DNA of 64,000 nt from an uncultured Coriobacteriaceae bacterium. GTDB lineage: Bacteria > Actinomycetota > Coriobacteriia > Coriobacteriales > Eggerthellaceae. Location: contig CASFII010000008.1 of NCBI GenBank assembly GCA_949294735.1, forward strand, positions 2,044 through 66,043. The letters run 5' to 3'. The notes under the pieces are model-generated. The model ran no database searches. It saw only the letters and a program-made list of their open reading frames with translations, and was not told the DNA's origin. The translations under genes and the position numbers were made by a program. The stretch's first letter is position 1; each line of letters starts with the position of its first letter. Of this stretch, positions 56,393-64,000 are shown one piece after another.

Positions 56393-57418
56393 CTACTCTT
56401 GAACAAACTTCTTTTCTTCTTCCAGCCTTGCTCCAAGATAGTCCTGGTATTCTTCAACAAGGCTTTCTGGCCCTGCAATCTGAACTTCGCCGCCCATGCT
56501 CGCAACCCATCCGAAGAATTGATCGCTCTTATACAACCGTACTTCTATAGTTACCTGCTCATCAGAATAGGAAACCAGCTTCTTTTTTTCACATTGACTG
56601 CCAAATCTATCCATCACAATGCTAATTTTGTCGCTGCTTACCAAAAGCTTCGCGAGCACAATGTCTTCGTCCCTTGCAAAGCGACCAAATTTGGTTATTT
56701 TTCCTTCTTCGTCGCGGAACTTGCGGATTTCGGTGTTTTCGGTAGCTCGCGTTTCTTCGTCTTCAATGATATGTACGTCACTCATGCGATCAATACGAAA
56801 CTCTCGCATTTCTTGTTTCTTTTCGTCCCAGGCGCTGAGATAGTAAAAGTCGCTGTCGTAAGCAACTAAAACTGGCGTAACAATGCGCTCTTCTTCTACC
56901 TTAAACGCAATTTTTCCTTTATTTACTGAGGTTGTGTTGTAGTTGAATACGATTTGCTTTCTTTCGGAAATAGCCTGGTGAATGGCATCAACCGTGGGAA
57001 GAACGCTGTCAGATTTTGATTTAATTCTGCCAGCTACGTGAATGGTTTTGCGAAGTTTTTCCTGAATGCGGTTGCTCGCGAGTTGCTTAATATTGGTTTC
57101 AAGCATTCTAGCTTGTTTTTCAGAAATTGCCTTACATGATTGTACGGCGTCAATCATCAGCATAAAGTCGCCTGTGGAAAAGCCTCTCTGCGTAAGCGCA
57201 TATTGAGGCGGACGCGTAGGAAGTTTTTCGATAGTCTTTCCAAATTCATTGAGAACCTTAATGTCTTCGTAAATGCTTTTGCGTTCTGCGTCAATTCCGT
57301 ATTCGGATAGCCTGTCAATCAGTTGCCCCATGGTGAGCCCGCGTTCGGCATCAGTTTCCTGTTCAAAGATTTGCAAAAGGTAGAGAAGTTTTTGTTTAGA
57401 TTTTCCCTTGTTTGCCAT
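56393..57418 (-). CDS. WYL-domain transcriptional regulator (wHTH-WYL-WCX architecture)
   Basis: N-terminal KLLYLLQIFEQE..LTMGQLIDRLSEYGIDAERKSIYEDIKVL. WYL-like FYYLSAWDEKKQEMREFRIDRM. Confidence 0.8.
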   Translation of the reverse strand: MANKGKSKQKLLYLLQIFEQETDAERGLTMGQLIDRLSEYGIDAERKSIYEDIKVLNEFGKTIEKLPTRPPQYALTQRGFSTGDFMLMIDAVQSCKAISEKQARMLETNIKQLASNRIQEKLRKTIHVAGRIKSKSDSVLPTVDAIHQAISERKQIVFNYNTTSVNKGKIAFKVEEERIVTPVLVAYDSDFYYLSAWDEKKQEMREFRIDRMSDVHIIEDEETRATENTEIRKFRDEEGKITKFGRFARDEDIVLAKLLVSSDKISIVMDRFGSQCEKKKLVSYSDEQVTIEVRLYKSDQFFGWVASMGGEVQIAGPESLVEEYQDYLGARLEEEKKFVQE

Positions 57419-57622
57419 AAAACTACCTAGCTTTCTTAAGTTTTCTTTTCTTGCGCCCTATTAAACTTCAAACAATCTTTCTTGGTGTCCTTAAAACTGG
57501 ACAGTATAAAAGTATAGACGCTTTATTATTCCTATCAACCGAGGAAGCTAAAACTTTTACCATCCGCACAAAACACCAACTAATCAAACCCGCAATAGCG
57601 GGTCTTATAGAAAGGAACTAAC

Positions 57623-58042
57623 ATGCAAACTCGGTCTAGACATTTGGACGACTTTTATGTCGCAGGTGTGCGTTATTGGGACGCCGCGCTGGTAATCAAT
57701 AAGCTGAAGGCAGGCAAAAAACTGACGCTTGTGGCAGAACCTGACAACCCCTTCGATCCCAATGCAGTGGCTATTTATCGCAAGGGCGTAAAGCTAGGAT
57801 ACGTCCCCCGCGTACGCAATAGTCTGGTTGCTCAACTTTTGGCGTTCGGTCATGACAACGTAGTTGAATGCCGCATCCTGAAAGTTGATCGCAAGGCAGA
57901 AACCTACGAACAGATCCATGTGGGTCTATATCTGACAGACAGGCGCGCAAGCACTTCGGGTGAAACCTCTGGCTACAAGATAAAGATTGAAGCCACGCTG
58001 GCAGATTCGCCAGAAAGTGGTCTGGAAGAAGCTGGGCAGTAG
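57623..58042 (+). CDS. stand-alone HIRAN-domain protein
   Basis: FYVAGVRYWDA...LTLVAEPDNPFDPNAVAIY.KGVKLGYVPR matches the HIRAN pattern. 139 aa. Confidence 0.75.
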   Translation: MQTRSRHLDDFYVAGVRYWDAALVINKLKAGKKLTLVAEPDNPFDPNAVAIYRKGVKLGYVPRVRNSLVAQLLAFGHDNVVECRILKVDRKAETYEQIHVGLYLTDRRASTSGETSGYKIKIEATLADSPESGLEEAGQ

Positions 58043-58191
58043 TTTCTTGCTAACTAGCTTACAACGTTTCGTTTTCCTTTCATTCGGGTTCCTGTCGGTT
58101 TTTCCTTATCCTTTCTTCCTTGGGAACCCGCCTGCTGCGAATGGGTTGTCCTTATTCTCTCCTTTCTGTGACAAAAGCCCCATTCGCGCAA

Positions 58192-58225
58192 AAGGGCTCC
58201 CTTTCGGGAGCCCTTCCTTTTTCTG
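58192..58225 (+). terminator. rho-independent terminator
   Basis: GGGCTCCC-TTTC-GGGAGCCC followed by TTCCTTTTTCTG. Confidence 0.75.
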
Positions 58226-58261
58226 ATTGAACTATCAGAAAAGCCATGAAACGTTTAATGT

Positions 58262-59260
58262 TTACTCCCCCGATGCTTTCCTGACTATCAGTTGTGCTAA
58301 TGAGTCAATAAAAGCTGGGTCTGCGCCCAACGCAGGAACAGCCGTGAAGCGAGCGCTTTGTATGCCTACGCGTTCGCATTCGTTTAAATAGTGCTGCGCT
58401 GCCAGCTTCTTAATTTCATGAAGCGTTTCTAAACAATCCACCGAAAACCCTGGGCAGACCACTGCCACATCAGAAACACCCTCTGCTGCAAGCTGTGTAA
58501 GCATAGGCTTTAGCATAGGCCCTACCCACTTACGACTGTCGAAACGCGACTGATACGCCAGAACTACATCTTCGCGTGGAATGCTGAGCGCATCCGCCAA
58601 AGTGTGGGCGGTATCTTCAGTTTGCTGGACATATTTGTCGCCCGCTTCCACATGAGAAACAGGAATAGAGTGAAACGAAAGCACCAGTTTAGAACCAGCT
58701 TTCCACGTCCAGGAACGCTTCACTGAAGCAGCCAGCGCTTCGATGTAACCTGGAGCGTCATAATAGTAACGAACGAAGGTGACGTGAGGCACCGCGGAGC
58801 CACCATACACTTGCTTACATGCACGCTCAAATTCTTGTAGGCACGTACCCGCACATGATTTGGTTTCCTGTGGATACAAAGGGATAACCACCAGCATATC
58901 CACGTCCGCTTCCTTAAGCTCACGCAAGGCACTTTCTGCCGAAGGGTTGCCATAACGCATACCCAACGCCACTTTAACTGGCTGCTCCGTCAGTTCTTCC
59001 AGACGTTTCTGCAGCGCATCGCGCTGAGCGTAAGAATCAAGCAAAAACGGACTGCCTTCTTTTGTCCAAATGTTTTGGTATAAGGGAGCCATTCTTTTGG
59101 GGCGGTTTGGCAAAATGAACAAATTCAAAATGGGCTGCCATAGCGCTGGCGGCATATCAATAAGGTTTCGATCAGACAAGAATTGCTTCAGATAAGGCTT
59201 TATTGCCTCTTCAGTCGGTGCGTCGGGAGTACCCGTATTCATCAGCAAAACGCCAAGCAT
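58262..59260 (-). CDS. hemH: ferrochelatase
   Basis: N-terminus GVLLMNTGTPDAPTEEAIKPYLKQFLSD. Overall length and blocks are typical of HemH. Confidence 0.8.
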   Translation of the reverse strand: MLGVLLMNTGTPDAPTEEAIKPYLKQFLSDRNLIDMPPALWQPILNLFILPNRPKRMAPLYQNIWTKEGSPFLLDSYAQRDALQKRLEELTEQPVKVALGMRYGNPSAESALRELKEADVDMLVVIPLYPQETKSCAGTCLQEFERACKQVYGGSAVPHVTFVRYYYDAPGYIEALAASVKRSWTWKAGSKLVLSFHSIPVSHVEAGDKYVQQTEDTAHTLADALSIPREDVVLAYQSRFDSRKWVGPMLKPMLTQLAAEGVSDVAVVCPGFSVDCLETLHEIKKLAAQHYLNECERVGIQSARFTAVPALGADPAFIDSLAQLIVRKASGE

Positions 59261-59445
59261 ACCCTTCTCTTTCTCTTGTGTGCTTGAAGGTGGATACTAG
59301 CACAACACACAGTAAGCCCACATAGTGAAAACATCTACCGTGTTAAACTAGCGCTCTAGATGCAACGCAAAAGGCGAAACTGCTAACACTCAAAACACAC
59401 GGGGGAGCAAGCGCGCTTTGCGTTCAAAACACACAGGGAGGCACT

Positions 59446-59976
59446 ATGGCTAAAGCTCTGATAGTTGTTGATATGCAATTTGACTTTGTGACGGGATCTT
59501 TAGGAACCACAGAAGCACAGCAGATTGTTCCTACTGTTAAGGAAATCCTACGCGAGGCGAACGAGCGCGGCGACAGAATCTATTTCACACAAGACACCCA
59601 TGCTGAAAACTACCTTGAAACGCAAGAAGGGAAATATCTGCCGGTTCCCCACTGTGTTGCTGGTACGTCAGGCTGGAATATCATTGAGGAGCTTTCTGGC
59701 TATATCACTCCCGAAAACACCTATACCAAAAGAACGTTCGGATCGCTTAAGCTGACCCACAATGACAGTTTTGCAGATATGGACGAAATAATCCTGGTAG
59801 GCGTTTGCACCGATATTTGCGTTATCTCGAATGCGCTTATCCTGAAGGCTGCTTTTCCTGAAGTGCCTATTACCATTTACGAAAACGCCTGCGCCGGGAC
59901 CACGCCCGAAGCCCACGAAGCAGCACTCCAAACCGCCAAAAGCTGCCAAGTGAATGTGAAAACGTACAAAAAGTAA
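59446..59976 (+). CDS. pncA: isochorismatase-family cysteine hydrolase, nicotinamidase-like
   Basis: ALIVVDMQFDF, QDTH...PHCVAGTSGW, and VGVCTDICV (catalytic Cys). Confidence 0.65.
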   Translation: MAKALIVVDMQFDFVTGSLGTTEAQQIVPTVKEILREANERGDRIYFTQDTHAENYLETQEGKYLPVPHCVAGTSGWNIIEELSGYITPENTYTKRTFGSLKLTHNDSFADMDEIILVGVCTDICVISNALILKAAFPEVPITIYENACAGTTPEAHEAALQTAKSCQVNVKTYKK

Positions 59977-60064
59977 TTATCTCTACAGGGTCGACCCGCA
60001 GAATTCCGGCCACAAAACTATACCGAAGAGTAACCCTGTAGGAACTAGCTAGATTTCCACTAAT

Positions 60065-61315
60065 TTACGCCCGATAGTATTTGGTTGACCTTCCGTTTCC
60101 TATTCTTGTAATCATCTTTTTTTCCTCAAGATTTTTGAGAATCCTAATTGTTTTATCCTTAGAAATATTTGCGGCAACTTCTATCTCATTTCTTGTTAAA
60201 GCAATCTCTTTAGGGATAACTCTCAGTACTTCTCTTTCTTCCCTAGAGAGAATGGCAAAAGACTCAGATGGCAAAACAACAGTTACCGACATCTCCTCAA
60301 TCAAAAAGATGGGCGATACTTCTTTATCCGCATACGCATCTCGTATACGCGGAATACCAGTTCCAAATCGTTCTATGTATCCCAATCGGAAAAATACATT
60401 TGCCAATATGGGATTTCTCGCAATGGAAGGCCCTCCGTTCAAATAAGACTCTTCAGACATACCTTCAGGTAACCCACCTGGTGATTTTATTTCTATACGG
60501 TCAGGGTACATTCCGACATTGATGTTTGCCTTCATGTCCCATCGGCAGTGTACTAAAGCATTGGCAATTGCTTCTCGGAAGGCTTCTCTAGGAATTAATT
60601 CTTTTTTAATTCGATTAACTCCGATTATTTTTTCGTAGGTATAATGCTCGTCGAATATCTCCGTCGCAACTTCAAGCTGAGCAAGCAATGACTGTTTGCT
60701 CAATGTGTGCCTGGACAGAATTGAATTTATATCCTCTCCAAATCGAGCAACATCGACACCGCCGAAAGTATTCTTATCGGCTAGTAATGCGGCAGCGTTA
60801 TTGTAGTAACCTTTGGGCTCTTTTAGTTCTAAAGAAATAAGTACATTTTCATCGAACTTATCAATGCCAGCTTTTTCAATTAATTCACTTTTTAATTTCT
60901 CAAATTTTAAATCCTGCTGGCTTGATTCCAAGGAATCAAAAGTCTCATTTGCTCCTTTTAAGACTAGCTGGGTTAACTCGAGCCTATCTACCTCTACTGT
61001 TGAAGAATCAGCTCTTCTGTAGGCTTTGTTGTTGTAGAAATACGGGGTCTGCTTACCCTTATAAACCGTAAGGACCACCGTCTTTTCAGCATCATTAACC
61101 GATAACTTGAACTTCGGCACAGGTTTTAAGTTTCCGTTTATGGTGTTTTCTATAATTAAGCAGGCCTCTTTTGGGTTGTCGAGACCCACTGCATTACCAG
61201 AGTCATCAACCCCAAAGATAATTTCACCCGTCTCATAATTAGCAAAAGCACTTACTGTTTTCAAATAGGTTTTTGTAAGCTCTTGTTTATATTCCAAATT
61301 CGTCGTTTCGCGCAT
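60065..61315 (-). CDS. AlbA_2 (Schlafen-like) plus HATPase_c_4 plus C-terminal wHTH protein
   Basis: NLEYKQEL...SAFANYETGEIIFGVDDSG (AlbA_2). REAIANALVHCRW..IEIKSPGGLPEG (HATPase_c_4). C-terminal wHTH. Start at the ATG at 61315. Confidence 0.75.
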   Translation of the reverse strand: MRETTNLEYKQELTKTYLKTVSAFANYETGEIIFGVDDSGNAVGLDNPKEACLIIENTINGNLKPVPKFKLSVNDAEKTVVLTVYKGKQTPYFYNNKAYRRADSSTVEVDRLELTQLVLKGANETFDSLESSQQDLKFEKLKSELIEKAGIDKFDENVLISLELKEPKGYYNNAAALLADKNTFGGVDVARFGEDINSILSRHTLSKQSLLAQLEVATEIFDEHYTYEKIIGVNRIKKELIPREAFREAIANALVHCRWDMKANINVGMYPDRIEIKSPGGLPEGMSEESYLNGGPSIARNPILANVFFRLGYIERFGTGIPRIRDAYADKEVSPIFLIEEMSVTVVLPSESFAILSREEREVLRVIPKEIALTRNEIEVAANISKDKTIRILKNLEEKKMITRIGNGRSTKYYRA

Positions 61316-61339
61316 AATACTTTCCTTTCGACGTAGTAT

Positions 61340-61645
61340 TGCAACAATTATACAACGCAAATTTTTTTCGTTGCAAAAAATAAGGAAAATTTGCAACGTA
61401 AATTTTTTTCTTCGCAGACAGGACTAAAACTATTCCGAATTCGGAAGATTGAGGGAGTTTTTCAGTTATTTATTCCCGTTTCGGAATAAAACTTGCACAA
61501 TTTGCAACGATTTATTTTTTCGTTGCAATATTTTGCGACGATTGTACAACGAAAAAGTTTTTCGTTGTACAACGAAAGCTATTTTTTGCAACGGAAGGTT
61601 CTTTTCGTTGCAAAATTGGAGAAAAGGCGTTCCCGTTTCGGAATA
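61340..61645. repeat. array of T-rich hairpin palindromes built on TTGCAACG / CGTTGCAA half-sites, bracketed by a repeated 16-mer
   Basis: Units at about 61351-61376, 61391-61417, 61502-61528, 61544-61570 (perfect 13-bp arms) and 61586-61613. The exact 16-mer TTCCCGTTTCGGAATA occurs at 61473-61488 and 61630-61645. TTCCGAATTCGGAA lies at 61433-61446. Confidence 0.8.
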
Positions 61646-61760
61646 CCCCATTCAGTCGCTCTGCAGATATTTAAATCCACAAAACAATGCTTCTGAACTG
61701 CATACATACTCAAAACCAGACACACTTTTTGTCCGAGTAATTTAATTTTTTAAAGACACG

Positions 61761-61790
61761 AAAAGGGGTGCTGGCCTGCACCAACACCCC
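61761..61790 (-). terminator. terminator of purB
   Basis: GGGGTG...CACCCC hairpin with a U-tract on the minus strand. Confidence 0.6.
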
Positions 61791-61883
61791 TCAACTAGTC
61801 GCATTTTTATCTGCGTAACTTTTCGCTAGCCTTCTAAATTGAATCGCGAAATCAGTAATCTCCGTATGACTTCAAACCCGCTC

Positions 61884-63227
61884 TTAAAACTCCAAGCCTT
61901 CCAAGCGTTCGAACACTACGTCTTTGCGCGTCAGGAAGTCCCACGGATCAAAGATTTCGTCCAGAACTTCCTTGGTCAGGTTGGCATCAGGATCAGCTTC
62001 CAGGCGCTCCCTATAGGTAGGACCATCCACTGCATTCTGAATGTCTTCCCATACCTTCATAGCGTTGCGCTGCACAATAACGTAAGCATCTTCGCGCGTA
62101 ATTCCCGTTTGAACCAAAGCCAACAAAACTTTAGAGCTAAAGATCAGACCACGCGTACGCCACAGGTTATGTTCCATCTTGGCAGGATAGGTCTGCAGAC
62201 CTTCCATCATCCACTGCATCTTGCTGAACATGTAATCCAGTGCAATGAAGCTGTCAGCCAGTGCCACGCGTTCCGCACCTGAATGCGAAATGTCGCGTTC
62301 ATACCACAAAGCAACGTTATCTAAGGCTACCTGAGCGTTTGACTTCACTACGCGGGACAAACCGCACACACGTTCTGCGGTAATGGGATTACGCTTGTGC
62401 GGCATAGCGCTTGAACCCTTTTGCCCCTTGGTAAACGGTTCTTCTGCCTCAATGACGTCAGACTGCTGCAGCAAGCGAACCTGCATAGCAATGCTTTCCA
62501 AGGTGGAAGCCGTTACTGCCAAGGCCGTCATGACCTGCGCATGGCGGTCACGAGCCAAAACCTGCGTTGAAAGCGGATCAGGTTTCAAGCCAAGCTTTTC
62601 ACAAACATACTGTTCAACGAACGGATCAATGCTGGAATAGGTGCCAACTGCGCCAGAAATAGCACCTGTGGCAGCAACCTCACGTGCCTGCTCCATGCGC
62701 TCCTGCGCACGCTTCAACGCCCATGCCCAGCTGCCGAACTTCATGCCGAAGGTCATTGGTTCTGCATGAATACCGTGGGTGCGGCCTACGCACAACGTAT
62801 CCTTAAACTCAAACGCGCGCTTCTTGCACACTTCGCCCAGCTTTTTAATGTCTTCCAAAATAATGTCGATAGCCTGCGTAATTTGATACGAAAGCGCAGT
62901 GTCGCCCAAGTCAGAAGAAGTCATGCCATAGTGAACCCAGCGGCTAGGCTTTTCCTGGCCCTCAGGAATATCAGCATCAATGTATTCTGCCATGCACGTG
63001 GTAAAAGCAATTACGTCGTGATTGGTAACTTTTTCAATTTCGTCAATGCGCTCTACCGTAAAGTCTGCATGCGCACGAATCCAGGCAGCTTCTTCCTTGG
63101 TGATGCCAGATTTTCCTAGCTCAGCTTGGGCTTCGCAGGCCAAAACTTCAATCTCTTTCCAGATTTCGAACTTGTTTTGAAGTTCCCAAATGCCACCCAT
63201 TTGCGGGCGTGTATATCTACCAATCAC
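61884..63227 (-). CDS. purB: adenylosuccinate lyase
   Basis: Fumarate-lyase signature GSSAMPHKRNP. N-terminus IGRYTRPQMGGIW. GTG start. Confidence 0.9.
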   Translation of the reverse strand: MIGRYTRPQMGGIWELQNKFEIWKEIEVLACEAQAELGKSGITKEEAAWIRAHADFTVERIDEIEKVTNHDVIAFTTCMAEYIDADIPEGQEKPSRWVHYGMTSSDLGDTALSYQITQAIDIILEDIKKLGEVCKKRAFEFKDTLCVGRTHGIHAEPMTFGMKFGSWAWALKRAQERMEQAREVAATGAISGAVGTYSSIDPFVEQYVCEKLGLKPDPLSTQVLARDRHAQVMTALAVTASTLESIAMQVRLLQQSDVIEAEEPFTKGQKGSSAMPHKRNPITAERVCGLSRVVKSNAQVALDNVALWYERDISHSGAERVALADSFIALDYMFSKMQWMMEGLQTYPAKMEHNLWRTRGLIFSSKVLLALVQTGITREDAYVIVQRNAMKVWEDIQNAVDGPTYRERLEADPDANLTKEVLDEIFDPWDFLTRKDVVFERLEGLEF

Positions 63228-63265
63228 TGCTGCCGCCTTTCCCTAAAGAGCACAAACTATTTTAC

Positions 63266-63937
63266 CTACAGCGCCCTAAACAGCGCACGTACTTCATCAA
63301 CCATGTCGGTGTCTGCCACCACAACCACCTTGTCACCGGGGTACAGCACAATGTCTTCACTGGCCACCAAGACATCATCGCCCGTATCAACGGCCGCAAT
63401 AAGGCTGTTGTCTGGCATTTCAATTTCTGAAAGCATGATGCCTTCATCGTTGTCGTGATGGCGCATGCGCGGAACCGTAAATTCAGCAAGCTGCACGTTT
63501 CCATGCGTTAAGGACGAAACAACACTCACGGAACCCAGCAGGGTTTCCTCTTCAATCATGTTGGCAATAAGCGTGGTGGAAGAAACGCATTCGATACCCA
63601 GCTCGTGAAAAATGCGAAGATTCTTGGGGCTGTTCACACGCGCAATAACACGCGGAACGTTGAATACGCGCTGAGCAATTTCACAAGAAACCAGGTTATT
63701 GTCGTCTTGGCCAGTACTGGCCACAAACACATCAGCCCTGCGAATACCAGCGTCTTCTTGGGTTTTAGAGTCGCAGCCATCTCCGTGGATAACCAGATAT
63801 CTGCCCTCGAGTTCCATGGAAAGCCTGTCTGCCGTACGGAGGCTTTCTTCAATAATAGCTACTTCGTTATTGCCTTTCAAAAGGACGCTAGCTAGGTAAG
63901 CACCCACCTTACCGCCGCCGCTAATCACAACATACAT
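63266..63937 (-). CDS. trkA: Trk-system potassium uptake protein TrkA (RCK N plus C domains)
   Basis: MYVVISGGGKVGAYLA Rossmann motif. 223 aa. Confidence 0.85.
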   Translation of the reverse strand: MYVVISGGGKVGAYLASVLLKGNNEVAIIEESLRTADRLSMELEGRYLVIHGDGCDSKTQEDAGIRRADVFVASTGQDDNNLVSCEIAQRVFNVPRVIARVNSPKNLRIFHELGIECVSSTTLIANMIEEETLLGSVSVVSSLTHGNVQLAEFTVPRMRHHDNDEGIMLSEIEMPDNSLIAAVDTGDDVLVASEDIVLYPGDKVVVVADTDMVDEVRALFRAL

Positions 63938-63954
63938 AAGTCTTCAAACCTCAA

Positions 63955-64000
63955 CTAGTCTTGCATGTACTGAGAGAACTCATCAATCAGCTCGTGGCGA
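63955..64000 (-). CDS. 3' end of an upstream gene cut by the window edge (possibly a Trk component)
   Basis: Open frame ending ...HELIDEFSQYMQD with a stop at 63955-63957. Too short to assign. Confidence 0.3.
   Translation of the reverse strand, partial: RHELIDEFSQYMQD

Noticed and set aside
61665-61685. DnaA-box-like TTAAATCCACA near the palindrome array, raising the idea of an origin-like region.
   Set aside because: It is a single imperfect match. There is no dnaA/dnaN context, no box cluster and no AT-rich unwinding element pattern.
61449-61745. ORFs of 61-98 aa on both strands inside the palindrome array, and the possibility that the array is a CRISPR.
   Set aside because: The ORFs are repeat-generated (recurrent FRCN/LQRK peptides) and lack RBSs. 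The repeats are self-complementary hairpins with irregular spacing and no unique spacers, and there are no cas genes.
1-64000. Search for tRNA, rRNA, CRISPR, integrase/transposase genes and prophage genes.
   Set aside because: None were recognised by eye. The accessory patches therefore cannot be called mobile elements on the present evidence.

Overview
64-kb chromosomal segment with about 55 protein-coding genes on both strands, most preceded by AGGAGG-type ribosome-binding sites. I recognised no rRNA, tRNA, CRISPR array, transposase or integrase. Gene content points to a strictly anaerobic, host-associated Gram-positive organism: reverse rubrerythrin, flavin-reductase/rubredoxin fusion, enoate-reductase-type flavoenzyme, choloylglycine hydrolase and Fe-S/FAD oxidoreductases. 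Coriobacteriia-like or Firmicute is only a guess. The backbone is transporters, oxidoreductases and regulators (LysR, three TetR, XRE, WYL). Interspersed are visibly more A+T-rich accessory patches: (i) a Sau3AI-like GATC restriction-modification pair, a GNAT gene and a hipB-hipA operon carrying a third small ORF and three evenly spaced operator palindromes (26.9-32.3 kb); (ii) a second type II R-M pair with an HTH-fused C5 methyltransferase (46.2-48.4 kb); (iii) a WYL regulator divergent from a stand-alone HIRAN protein (56.4-58.0 kb); (iv) an AlbA_2/HATPase_c_4 (Schlafen-like) protein next to a dense array of TTGCAACG..CGTTGCAA hairpin palindromes (60.1-61.7 kb). My best candidates for something undescribed are: a single-chain PheS/PheT-core paralogue with degenerate catalytic motifs, paired with an orphan XRE regulator and sharing an inverted repeat with the adjacent enoate-reductase/SDR operon (15.0-20.8 kb); the palindrome array; the WYL-HIRAN pair; the tripartite-looking hipBA operon; and a lipoprotein-VTC-DUF4956-CotH operon. 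A REP-like palindromic element occurs three times in intergenic regions (46.1, 49.8 and 52.8 kb). All family assignments come from motif recognition by eye. No database search was run.
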